44,407 nucleotides of DNA from Candidatus Colivivens equi (GTDB lineage Bacteria; Bacteroidota; Bacteroidia; Bacteroidales; Bacteroidaceae): contig JAGHSE010000299.1 of assembly GCA_018066015.1 (NCBI GenBank), positions 1-44,407 on the forward strand. Reading direction: 5' to 3'. Made by a program: the position numbers and the translations under genes. Numbering within the stretch: position 1 is the first letter of the stretch; the number at the start of each line of letters is the position of its first letter. Below are positions 27,688-36,957 of this stretch, one piece after another. The notes beneath the pieces were generated by a model. It saw only the letters and a program-made list of their open reading frames with translations, searched no databases and was not told the DNA's origin.

Positions 27688-29985
27688 CACCAGAAGCATT
27701 TGAAAACATTAAACGTGATCTGGCTTCATTTGCCGATGACGAACATGAGATGGTCTGTGACGAACGTGGCAATGTTATTTTCGAACGCCATGGACAATTG
27801 CTAAGTATTCAATTACGAGAGGATGAAGACGGTCGAAAATATGTAAAGTATAACGGTGTGGAGATACCATACCGTCTTTTCCTAGCTAAAGAACTCTCTC
27901 ATCTGGATATATTGGCATCTAAAATACTTCAAAGAAAATATTCTGAGGAACAATGCTATGTGGATTCAAATGTTATGTTAATGAGCATTGACCAGCAAAA
28001 ACAAGGTAAGGCCATGTCTATACTATATGAGGAAAGCAATAATCCTGCATTAATTGGTACAAAAATCAGTTTTGTAACAGCAGATGCAGGACACGGCAAA
28101 TCTATGCTTTTAAGGCATTTTCAGTATTGTCAAGCACAGCATTATCTTGACAACTCTACTAACTTTTTGTTTTGGCACATTGATTTACACGGACGAGATT
28201 TAGTGCGCCTAAATGAAGCCATCATGTATGAACTAGGAGAATTGAGAATGTCTGGGTTGTACTTTTCTTCAATATTAACATTAATGCGCCACCATCTTAT
28301 TGTTCTTGGAATAGATGGTTTTGATGAGTTGGCAGCAGAGAAGGGTGGTGAAACAGCACTTAACTCTTTGTCAAATCTGGTATCACAGATGCGAGGTAAA
28401 GGTGTCCTTATCGCTGCATCAAGAAGAGCTTTTTTTAACTCACAAGATTATTTGCGAAGAACAGGGATTTTAAATCGTAATATTGGTGGGGGATGTCTTT
28501 TTAACGAAATTAAAATAAGCAATTGGCAAAAAGAACAATGTGTTGAATATCTTAACAAATACACGTTTGACACAAACGAATATGACAACTTGCTTATGGC
28601 TTTAAAGAGTGACAAGCATCCGCTTCTTGAACGTCCGTATTTATTTACGAAATTAGTTCACTATTCATTTGAAGACAATATAAATCCATCAGAATTCATC
28701 AACAAGAAAGGACATAATAATCTTGAAAACATCAACGATGTTATTGAGGCGTTTATCTATAGAGAAGTTGATAAATGGACACAACGAGACAAAGAAACGG
28801 GTAAACCATATCTTAGTTTTGAACAGCATATTCGTCTTTTATCTGAAGTTGCTGCTGACATGTGGAACCGACAAAAAAAACACAATCTCTGTAGAAAACC
28901 TTCAGCTGATATTAACAATACTCTTTGATGAATGGAAGACAGACCTCCAATTGCAACCTATTATTTTGCGAATGGTGGAATCGCATGCCATGCTTATTAA
29001 TGTTGAGAACAGGGATTCTTACAGAAAATTTGATCACGAAGAGTTTAAAAATTTTTTCTTAGCAAGAGCTTTAGAGGATATTATAAGACATTCTTTGAAC
29101 GACAATAACAATAGAGAATTATATAAGTTCTTATATGTTGCACAATTACCAGATACTGTGGCTCAATATATATCTACACGATTCATTCCAGAAGAAATCA
29201 TGCCTGTAATCAAGATTTTGAAGGATATCCGTAAAAAGGAGTGGAAACCAACATATATTCAAAGTAATATTGGTACTGTATTGCCTTTCTTGCTTAATGG
29301 TTTCTTTCCTACAGAAACTATAATAATTGATGGAAAAATTAGTTTTTCTAGTTTGGTTTTTGAAAATAAGAGGATAGAAAACGTATTATTTCGTGATTGC
29401 ACATTTGTTAATATCAGTTTTAACAAGACATATTTTAAAAATGTGCATTTTGATAATTGCACTTTTACAGGTATTGTAATCACGAGTGAAAGCAACAATT
29501 TCAAAGAATCAAGTATTCATGATAATTGTATTATTAATATGGTATCAGTCGCTCACCCCAAAGACGAGAACTTGGAAACTGAATACTCTCCTCATGCTAT
29601 ATTTAATATTTTACAAAATTTAGGTATTCAAATTGAATATGTTCAATCTAATAAGCCAGAAGAGAACTCTGTATGTACGACGGAGTTTTACAAGAATGTT
29701 AAAAGGCTTCTAAATCGGTATTCCAAAACGACATGCCTTCTTGAATCAAACATAAAGCAGTCACCATTATTTAATTTTAAAAATCCTGACATGATTATAA
29801 ACGATATTATACCATTGTTAGAAGAATATGATATCATTGAAATAAGAGAGAACAGAAAAACTCGTCAAGCAGGAACACGGGCATGGGCTTTAAAACAATA
29901 CGACATATCTGAGGTTTTCAAAGCAGAGGAAGAAAAAGGTTCTAAACTTTGGTATTTTTGGGAGAAAGTGAAACAACATGAATAA
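27684..29985 (+). pseudogene. NACHT-family STAND NTPase with C-terminal pentapeptide repeats, interrupted by a frameshift in an A8 tract (track ORFs 27684-28928 and 28723-29985)
   Basis: Walker A is FVTADAGHGKSML, Walker B is LIVLGIDGFDEL, and the sensor region is VLIAASRRAF. The NACHT wHTH motif RKFDHEEFKNFFLARAL lies in the second ORF. Phe occurs at every fifth residue in FRDCT FVNIS FNKTY FKNVH FDNCT FTGIV. Removing one A from 28873-28880 joins ...DMWNRQK to NTISVENLQL... in frame. Confidence 0.8.
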
Positions 29986-30141
29986 ACAATTGACTGTTGG
30001 CGATAACATTCAAGATGGTTCTTTATCGGAATTTATACAACATATTTGTACCATGCATATATAACTAATTGATACTCATGTATAATTACATTCGAGGAGG
30101 TCAAATGAGACCGATAGGTAAAGACATAACAAAACACTATC

Positions 30142-30177
30142 AAATAGCGTGTAGCTCAATGAGTTACACGCTATTTG
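30142..30177. terminator. Hairpin between convergent genes (16-bp stem, 3-nt loop); likely bidirectional terminator
   Basis: aaatagcgtgtagctc-aat-gagttacacgctattt. The core is nearly identical to the dnaK terminator core. Confidence 0.6.
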
Positions 30178-30260
30178 TATTATAGGCTCATGTTTATTAT
30201 GTGCTTATTATTCCTTTTTTTACGGCGTTTTTGCGACATGTGTGTCACAAGACAAAAATG

Positions 30261-30788
30261 CTATATATCTTCTGGGAAGTATTCATAATAAATATCTGCA
30301 ATGGTATCAGCAAATCCCCATCCACAAGGAGATGCCCATTCTACGCACATCTGCAGACGAGATTTGAAGTGCTCCAACAGATTGTTCTTGGCAAGGAAAG
30401 CCATTGTTTTGTCGAAGTTATTCTCAACAGAGGTATAGTACTGCTCCCACATATCTCCATAGTCGTAGGTGAATTGGCAAGCATTCTCAACGTAGCAGAG
30501 CATCAAATCTGCCAGTTTGTCGGGTGATGGCTTCAACTTCTTATAGTCCGAAACCGCCTTTCGACATACAGCAAAACGAGTCTTTGGTTCCTGACGTCCT
30601 TTCGAAGGATAGAATTCTTCTGTAATAATCTTCTTGTACTCTTCCAACTTACCGTCTTCATCAGGATTGGCATAGAACTCCAGATACTCCTTTGCTTCCT
30701 TGCGAGCATCATACATTTCCAGAACCATGCCAATGATTTCTTCCTTTGGCATAGATTGGAGTAATTTCTTTAGTGTAGCTTTTGACAT
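30261..30788 (-). CDS. Conserved hypothetical protein (DUF6155-like from memory)
   Basis: MSKATLKKLLQSMPKEEIIGMVLEMYDARKEAKEYLEFYANPDE. The last gene of the minus-strand array. Confidence 0.5.
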   Translation of the reverse strand: MSKATLKKLLQSMPKEEIIGMVLEMYDARKEAKEYLEFYANPDEDGKLEEYKKIITEEFYPSKGRQEPKTRFAVCRKAVSDYKKLKPSPDKLADLMLCYVENACQFTYDYGDMWEQYYTSVENNFDKTMAFLAKNNLLEHFKSRLQMCVEWASPCGWGFADTIADIYYEYFPEDI

Positions 30789-30816
30789 ATCTGTTATTGA
30801 TTTTAGAATTGAACTA

Positions 30817-31116
30817 TCACTTATTGTTCAACAACATCATTCCTTTTATCGTCAGCAAATATCGTTGGCGTGGATGATGTGGGTTCTCTGGGTACTTCAT
30901 GCGCACAAATCCTTCATTAATGGCAGGTGTGAGTGAATAATCGAGGAAGTTAGGACGGTTCTTCAAACCTACGGCTTCCATCATACTCTTCACGTTCATT
31001 TCTTCTTTGCCGATTGCTAATACCAAGTGTCTTACATTATCTGATGAAGGCTGTATATCGTTTTGAACTTGTATGGGTGGTTGTATGGGTATCGTCCTAA
31101 TCTTCTTTATATTCAA
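30817..31116 (-). CDS. Small winged-helix DNA-binding protein, resembling the C-terminal wHTH of Fic / AlbA_2-ATPase proteins
   Basis: ...MMEAVGLKNRPNFLDYSLTPAINEGFVRMKYPENPHHPRQRYLLTIKG. Its start overlaps the Fic stop by 20 nt. Confidence 0.55.
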   Translation of the reverse strand: MNIKKIRTIPIQPPIQVQNDIQPSSDNVRHLVLAIGKEEMNVKSMMEAVGLKNRPNFLDYSLTPAINEGFVRMKYPENPHHPRQRYLLTIKGMMLLNNK

Positions 31117-31936
31117 TCAGCATATAGCGATTCTTCAGTTCATTATTCTCACCGAGCAACAGATTACGGAAGAACTTCACGAGGAAAGATTTGTCTGGTT
31201 GTATGCCTTTCTGTGGATTACGATAATTGGCGCGTACCAGGGCGTTACGGAAGTACCAGGAGTTGTCGGCAAAAAGTTCATTGTTTACCTTGAAACCGCA
31301 AGAACGCAGATACTTTATTATGAATACCGCTGTTGTTCGAGTATTACCTTCGCGGAACGGATGATTCTGCCAAAGCAAAGTCACAAAGTCCACAACATGC
31401 GAGATAATCTCATCTGATGTCAAGCCTTTGTAACTGAAATCACGCTCCGTCTGTATGTCATATTTCAATGCGGCATGAATGTCTGCAGCACGTCCATACA
31501 CAACCGTATCTCCTTGCAATACCCACTCCTTTTTACTGATGTCAAAAGGTCGGATTTCGCCAGCGTGCTTAAAGATGCCCTCAAACAGATGGCGATGGAT
31601 ATTCAGAAATTCTAAAGGAGTAAATGAGAATGACTGCTCATTCAGCAATTTCGTAATATTTGCAGCAACACGATCTGCCTCTTCCTTTTCTGCATCATCA
31701 GCATCGTGCGTTGTCTTGTTTACATAGTATGAGCGAAGTTGTTCTCTCACCTCATCAATGGTGATGTCACCCTCAATGTGCCTTACCGCTGTCTCTTTTA
31801 GATATTCGGACACACGAAGTCCATCTACGTCTTGAAGTCCTATCGCAGTACGCCAAGCCGAGATTCTCTCACGCTTATGTGGTTCTGCCACACGTTCGTA
31901 AGCTTCGAAGTCAATATATTTCTGCTTTTCGCTCAT
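31097..31936 (-). CDS. Fic/DOC-family protein with a variant active-site motif
   Basis: HPFREGNTRTTA, against canonical HPFx(D/E)GNGRxxR. The N-terminal helical region (AWRTAIGLQDVDGL...EGDITIDE) resembles VbhA-type antitoxin modules. Confidence 0.8.
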   Translation of the reverse strand: MSEKQKYIDFEAYERVAEPHKRERISAWRTAIGLQDVDGLRVSEYLKETAVRHIEGDITIDEVREQLRSYYVNKTTHDADDAEKEEADRVAANITKLLNEQSFSFTPLEFLNIHRHLFEGIFKHAGEIRPFDISKKEWVLQGDTVVYGRAADIHAALKYDIQTERDFSYKGLTSDEIISHVVDFVTLLWQNHPFREGNTRTTAVFIIKYLRSCGFKVNNELFADNSWYFRNALVRANYRNPQKGIQPDKSFLVKFFRNLLLGENNELKNRYMLIEYKED

Positions 31937-31955
31937 ATCTCGTCTTACTTTATTC

Positions 31956-32504
31956 TTATAACGTTTTATCTGTTACTTTATTCTCATATACTGTAGGAAT
32001 CTCCTCTGCAGCTATCAGTGGCTCTTCCTCTGGTATCTCATAGTGCCTGATGCTATGGTCTTGCAGGAATATCTTGTTGAGCGTAAAGCCCAGCGATTCC
32101 AGCGTTTTCTCACGTACCTTCGTTTTCAACTCACATTCCCAGATGGTGATGGAGTGCCACCCCATCGCAGCCAGTTCATGCTGCACTTTCAAGTCCCGCT
32201 CCTGGTTCCTCTGTATCTTTGCCACCCAAAATTCACGATTCGTTTTCGGTATCTTGCAGCATTCAGAACTTTCAAGTGCTTGCATATCAACGTGATGGCC
32301 ATGCCAGAAGCAACCATTTACAAAGATGCAAGTGCGGTACTTACGAAGAACCAAATCAGGATGGCCAGGTAACCGCTTATGGTTAAGCCTGTATCTGAAT
32401 CCTCGTTTCCACAACCCACGACGCACAATCATTTCCGGTTTCGTGTCCTTCGACCGAATGGCAGCCATATTCTTATGGCGTTGCTGTGTGGTGAGTCTGT
32501 CCAT
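31956..32504 (-). CDS. vsr: Very-short-patch repair endonuclease
   Basis: RSKDTKPEMIVRRGLWKRGFRYRLN...PGHPDLVLRKYRTCIFVNGCFWHGH is the canonical Vsr core. Confidence 0.9.
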   Translation of the reverse strand: MDRLTTQQRHKNMAAIRSKDTKPEMIVRRGLWKRGFRYRLNHKRLPGHPDLVLRKYRTCIFVNGCFWHGHHVDMQALESSECCKIPKTNREFWVAKIQRNQERDLKVQHELAAMGWHSITIWECELKTKVREKTLESLGFTLNKIFLQDHSIRHYEIPEEEPLIAAEEIPTVYENKVTDKTL

Positions 32505-32505
32505 A

Positions 32506-32940
32506 TTATTTCAAGGTTTCAATCAGTTCATCTATTGAACAGCATACGCCACTGAACAACTTGTACATCAGTTCCGGCTCCAGACATTCAGGTATATAGG
32601 CGATAGTGGTACGTCCTTTGCCAGCAAAACAGCCAGCCTCAGTGTGAGCGCTCCTGCCGCAGGGCAATACCAATACACACGTATCGCAAGCCTCCATTGC
32701 CTTGATATCGTTCTTGAACTGCCACATAGCATAAGGATGCTGCAACATATCACGATACTTCTGTGGCGACCATTCCATATAGTCCTCGCTGACGCTACTC
32801 CACTTAAATCCAGGGTCACCCGATGGCGGATTACGGAAGTCATACACTTCGTGTCCGACCTCCCTCAACCTGGCCAGTACCTCAGAGTAATACCCATTGC
32901 GCCAACTGCTAGCTACATATATCTTTCTTTGAGTCATCAT
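32506..32940 (-). CDS. Nucleoside 2-deoxyribosyltransferase-like (N-glycosidase fold) protein
   Basis: KIYVASSW... and ACDTCVLVLPCGRSAHTEAGCFAGKGRTTIAY fit the Nuc_deoxyrib_tr pattern cD..v.l....S.G...E.G.a.g.GK. ATGA-coupled to the helicase gene. Confidence 0.5.
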   Translation of the reverse strand: MMTQRKIYVASSWRNGYYSEVLARLREVGHEVYDFRNPPSGDPGFKWSSVSEDYMEWSPQKYRDMLQHPYAMWQFKNDIKAMEACDTCVLVLPCGRSAHTEAGCFAGKGRTTIAYIPECLEPELMYKLFSGVCCSIDELIETLK

Positions 32941-34685
32941 TTTATTATTGTAGCTATAAGGATATTTGAGTTCACATCTCGTTTTTCCTTCACATTTTTC
33001 ACGAAAAGCTCAAATCCCCAGCACTCATTTTCTTCTGCATCTTTTGTTCTTTTAGTCTTTATTTGTCCAGCAATTTCAGCTTCTAGGAAGAAAGGATAAT
33101 CGTAAACATCAAATATCACCTTTTTATATTGTCTGACTACGAATGGACAATGACCATTATATTCGTCGCGATAGTTCCAATCGCAGTCAATATCTTTAAA
33201 TGCTTTTTGTACTATCCACCTGCCTCTTTTATTCATAAAGATCTTTTCAGCAAGGCTTCTGTCTGCAATTGCCCTATGACACTTCTTCTTAGTGCCGTTT
33301 TTATAACTTAGATAGGTTCTGTATGATATTCTAATTTTTAAGGGAGAACGTTCCACATCATTGGGCTCCAACTCTTCTGGCAGGTTTATATTACCTTTCC
33401 TGTCGAAACTTTTTAAATATAGTTCCACCTTTGGATCTGCATTAATCTTTTGGATAGGAATCTGGGATAGTAAGTGTATTCCATTCAGATTGGTACACCT
33501 GCTTAAGGCGACATATACTTGCCCATACGTAAATGCATCTGATGCTTCAATGGCCAGCTCGTCAAATGTAAGGCCTTGACTCTTGTGAATGCTGACAGCC
33601 CAAGCCAGTTTAATTGGGTATTGCTTAAACCAACCTTTAACTCGAGTCTTTATCTCCTTCGTTTTTTCATCGACATAATATTCATTCTGTTCCCATTTTG
33701 CTTCTTTTACGTCAACAAGCACCCCTTTGTCAGTACTAACTTTTATTATCTGATAGTTAATCTCTTCAACCCATCCTAAAGTTCCATTCTTATATTCGCC
33801 GAAATCATTATCATTTCTTTGAAACATTACTCTGGCTCCTCTTTTTAAAAAGAGTTCTTCAGGAACAGGAGTTTTTTCTCCATACCATCCTTTTTTCTCT
33901 CCTTTATAATAATAGCATTTTGTGCGTAATTTGTTAAACAGGAAGTTATCGTTCCAATCATCTGCTGTTTTATTATGAGTCATTAATGTTACGATATTCT
34001 CTTTTACCTTCGGCCTATAATTCGACTCTATGCGTTCATCTAGCAAATTAATATCATCTTTGGTCACCTTTCCTTTCCTTATATGGTTGAGCATTGATAT
34101 GAAGATTGGATCATCTTGTCTGTATATAACCTTTAGTTCTACCATCTTGTAACTCAACTTTTGTAGTGCTTTACAAGAAAAGAAATAAAGAGAATCGTTG
34201 TAATACTTACTCAGCTTCTCCTCCTCTTCTCTTTTAGCTACAGGACTGAGTTGGTACAGGTCGCCAAACATTACCAGTTGAATACCGCCAAATGGCTTCT
34301 TAGATTTCCTATAATAGCGCAGTACTTCATCAATAGCATCCAGCATGTCACATCTTACCATGCTTATTTCGTCGATAATCAGCAACTCTAATTTTTTAAC
34401 GACTGCTATGCCACCAGAATCTAATTGATATATATCCTTATTTATATGACCAGGCAGATACAAAAACGGCTTAAAGCCGAAAAAATGATGAATAGTGGAA
34501 GCCTTCACATTTTCAGCAGCTACCCCTGTCGGTGCAAGAACTGCAAGTGCTTTTTTACTTTGAAGTTCATCAACGATTTTTCTGAGCAGGGTGGATTTTC
34601 CAGTTCCTGCTTCACCTGTAATAAAAAGGTTTTCCCCCTTTTTTACAAGATTGAAAGCTCGCTTGTTATATCTGTCTATCTCCAT
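32937..34685 (-). CDS. Pif1/RecD-like SF1B helicase with a roughly 150-aa uncharacterised C-terminal extension
   Basis: FITGEAGTGKSTLL (Walker A), LLIIDEISMV (Walker B), HKSQGLTFD, YVALSRC. The tail from about residue 430 has no motif I recognise. Confidence 0.85.
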   Translation of the reverse strand: MEIDRYNKRAFNLVKKGENLFITGEAGTGKSTLLRKIVDELQSKKALAVLAPTGVAAENVKASTIHHFFGFKPFLYLPGHINKDIYQLDSGGIAVVKKLELLIIDEISMVRCDMLDAIDEVLRYYRKSKKPFGGIQLVMFGDLYQLSPVAKREEEEKLSKYYNDSLYFFSCKALQKLSYKMVELKVIYRQDDPIFISMLNHIRKGKVTKDDINLLDERIESNYRPKVKENIVTLMTHNKTADDWNDNFLFNKLRTKCYYYKGEKKGWYGEKTPVPEELFLKRGARVMFQRNDNDFGEYKNGTLGWVEEINYQIIKVSTDKGVLVDVKEAKWEQNEYYVDEKTKEIKTRVKGWFKQYPIKLAWAVSIHKSQGLTFDELAIEASDAFTYGQVYVALSRCTNLNGIHLLSQIPIQKINADPKVELYLKSFDRKGNINLPEELEPNDVERSPLKIRISYRTYLSYKNGTKKKCHRAIADRSLAEKIFMNKRGRWIVQKAFKDIDCDWNYRDEYNGHCPFVVRQYKKVIFDVYDYPFFLEAEIAGQIKTKRTKDAEENECWGFELFVKNVKEKRDVNSNILIATIIK

Positions 34686-34706
34686 ATGAATTCAAAACTT
34701 AGACTT

Positions 34707-35033
34707 TCAGGTAGCATTATCTTGTTTTAGGATACCAATTGTTGAATACTGAGAATCATATCGTTCCGTATGGGTATCATAGGGGACATTCTTTATTGAA
34801 GGATCTAATTGGCTGCTATCTAATTCCCTATTTATATCAATCTCAACACATACATATCGTTTGGCTGTTGACTGGACCAAATAATATCCCTCTTGAAGAG
34901 CCATTTCTTTCAGCAAGAGTGTAAGTTCCTTTACCAAGAGTTTGTTCAACTCCAGTTCATCACCTTTAACATGCTGAAAAGCGGCACGATCAGGACGCAT
35001 TGCAAGCACGCACTCTACATAAAGTCCGTTCAT
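34707..35033 (-). CDS. Hypothetical small protein (108 aa from the preferred start)
   Basis: The preferred ATG at 35033 (MNGLYVECV) forms an ATGA overlap with the DUF5131 stop; the track start is 35069. No recognisable domain. Confidence 0.5.
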   Translation of the reverse strand: MNGLYVECVLAMRPDRAAFQHVKGDELELNKLLVKELTLLLKEMALQEGYYLVQSTAKRYVCVEIDINRELDSSQLDPSIKNVPYDTHTERYDSQYSTIGILKQDNAT

Positions 35034-35773
35034 TGTTTGCCTCCTTTCTCCTTCGGCAGTTCCTGACAAACCTTACCTTCAAGCAATTTGCCGTTTACGT
35101 GCTTGTTGCTCTTTACTCCGTCCTTGCTCCACGTTCCCCATTGCTTAAAGAAGAAAGGCACCTTGGCAGCATTCGCCTGGCGCTTGATGTTCAGCACCCA
35201 CGCCTCCTGCATAGGACGAGCCTTCACGCCACTCTCGCCACCAACAATCACCCATTCAATGCCTTCAAGATTCATTTCTCCAAGGTCGCTGAGCAGTGGT
35301 TCGCACGAAAGGAAATGTACGGTTGCAGGAATCTGACGCAGATAATCCATGCGGAACTTTGTGCGCTCTTCCTCAACCGTCACACCGAGCCAAGCATTAG
35401 CAGGAGCCTTGCGAGTGGCAAAGTATTCAGCCATACGTTCGGCTCGTTTGGTCAGTATTTGGTAACGATGCTGAGGCGTTTCAGCTATCGTCTGCATCAC
35501 TTTGTCCACGAACTCAAAAGGAACATCCTTATGGAAAAGGTCGCCCATTGAACAAACAAATACCATCGACTTCGCACGCCACTTCTTTGGCTCGTCAAGG
35601 TCTTCGGGGTGGAGCGTCAAAGCAAAACCATTCTGATACTTTGGCTTGTGCATACCCTTCAATCTACAAGCCATCACCTCCGCGTAACAGTTACGACAAC
35701 CCTCTGATTGCTTCGTACAACCAGTAACAGGGTTCCATGTCTTATCTGTCCATTCTATCTTCGATGTAGCCAT
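35030..35773 (-). CDS. Phage Gp37/Gp68-family (DUF5131, COG4422) three-Cys-motif protein
   Basis: KIEWTDKTWNPVTGCTKQSEGCRNCYAE, FVCSMGDLFH, YQILTKR, FLSCEPLL, WVIVGGESG and FFFKQWG all match the family consensus as I know it. Confidence 0.85.
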   Translation of the reverse strand: MATSKIEWTDKTWNPVTGCTKQSEGCRNCYAEVMACRLKGMHKPKYQNGFALTLHPEDLDEPKKWRAKSMVFVCSMGDLFHKDVPFEFVDKVMQTIAETPQHRYQILTKRAERMAEYFATRKAPANAWLGVTVEEERTKFRMDYLRQIPATVHFLSCEPLLSDLGEMNLEGIEWVIVGGESGVKARPMQEAWVLNIKRQANAAKVPFFFKQWGTWSKDGVKSNKHVNGKLLEGKVCQELPKEKGGKQ

Positions 35774-35775
35774 AC

Positions 35776-36957
35776 TTAATCGTGATTTACAAAAGTGAGT
35801 ATGCAGTTGTCGTTGATGAGAACGCTTACCACGTGTTTCTTGTCATCGGTAAATCGTGACTGCAAAGCTCCCTTGCTGTAGAGTGAGCGCAAAGCCATTG
35901 CATAATGCATACGGCAGAACTTGGTTTCCTTCTGCTCATCGTCAAACAGCTTCTGAGCACTTATCGTTTGATTAGCGTACTTCTTCCACAACTCCTCTGC
36001 AAGCTTGTCGATTGGTGCCTGCCGCAACTCCTCTTCAAACATGCTCGGTGGACGGTTATCCATCTTCGCATCGAAGGTGTAAGTGTTGCTTTCCGCATCA
36101 AAGGCTGCACCTACATTGTCGAAGTCGTTGTAAATCTGCTTAATCAGTTCGTAACCTTTAGGACCTTTCGTGATGTGCAGAATGAAGTGACTTGTAGTGT
36201 TGATGTCTTCCTCCTGGAACTTAAAGGCTGTATAGAATACGTGTCCTAACTTACGTTTGAACTCTTCGCCTATACCATTGATGATAACCTGAAGCCTTTC
36301 GCCAAGTGTCCTCTTTGTGCGTATGTCTGCCTTAACTTGATCAAATGTAGTGGGGAGAAGGTTGCGAAGGTCTTCCTCAAATTTGGAGTTATCAAGTGCA
36401 GGATTGATACGCTTCGAATTGATAAAGATGAACACCTCGTTGCCCCAACTCTTCATGAAGTCGGTGAGCACGTCTGTATGTATTGCCTTGTAACCAAAAG
36501 GGTCGATGAACAAAACAGAAGGGCATTCGTTGAACACTCTGCCACTTTGATTCTGCTTCATCCAACTTCTGCGCAGGAACTTGTCTATCTTTGGCTCTTT
36601 GCCCACCTCGCTGTGACCGAAATGAGGACGGAACCCAAAGTCAGAGTCATTGAAACGCTGATAGAAGTTTTCTCTCAGCTTTTCCGACCAATTCACATCG
36701 TTGAACACCATCCACAAGCGTTGGCGCAGAAATTCCATACGATGACAGTTGCGAGCCAACAAAATAGGTGTTGACTCCTGACCGTCCTCATACACACCAG
36801 GGCCAGAGAAAAGGTCAAAGTGCCCAAACCGCTCAGGCATGTGCTTCGAGGCAATAATCTGACAGTAGTGTGGGAAATACTCCGACACTATCATTGCCTT
36901 AATCCTCGAATTGGCCTTCTGCTGGTCAAAGAAATGTATATTGTCGTTTGATGCCAT
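35776..36957 (-). CDS. Three-Cys-motif partner protein (TcmP-like), methyltransferase-fold-like
   Basis: It sits directly upstream of DUF5131 with a 2-nt gap. The N-terminal pattern K...IVSEYFPHYCQI...FGHFDLFSGPGVY parallels the TcmP consensus (...YL..Y..I...Y.DaFAGtG). SVLFIDPFGYK resembles an MTase motif IV. Confidence 0.6.
   Translation of the reverse strand: MASNDNIHFFDQQKANSRIKAMIVSEYFPHYCQIIASKHMPERFGHFDLFSGPGVYEDGQESTPILLARNCHRMEFLRQRLWMVFNDVNWSEKLRENFYQRFNDSDFGFRPHFGHSEVGKEPKIDKFLRRSWMKQNQSGRVFNECPSVLFIDPFGYKAIHTDVLTDFMKSWGNEVFIFINSKRINPALDNSKFEEDLRNLLPTTFDQVKADIRTKRTLGERLQVIINGIGEEFKRKLGHVFYTAFKFQEEDINTTSHFILHITKGPKGYELIKQIYNDFDNVGAAFDAESNTYTFDAKMDNRPPSMFEEELRQAPIDKLAEELWKKYANQTISAQKLFDDEQKETKFCRMHYAMALRSLYSKGALQSRFTDDKKHVVSVLINDNCILTFVNHD

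Noticed and set aside
28723-28928. An apparent 206-nt overlap between two real genes (27684-28928 and 28723-29985)
   Set aside because: NACHT motifs continue across the junction, and the frames join seamlessly if one A of the A8 tract is removed. A single frameshifted gene explains this better than two overlapping genes.
30105-30185. A 26-aa ORF preceded by a GGAGG-like sequence in the convergent intergenic region
   Set aside because: It is very short, and its 3' half is simply the terminator hairpin read as codons. Bacteroidota rarely depend on Shine-Dalgarno sites. No supporting evidence.
35000-35551. 183-aa and 82-aa plus-strand ORFs antisense to DUF5131. Similar antisense ORFs occur at 30201-30527, 32043-32372, 32644-33099, 35905-36249, 36337-36774, 39718-40101 and 42103-42480.
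   Set aside because: All lie opposite genes with strong family motifs, and none shows a recognisable motif or promoter box. I treat them as shadow ORFs.
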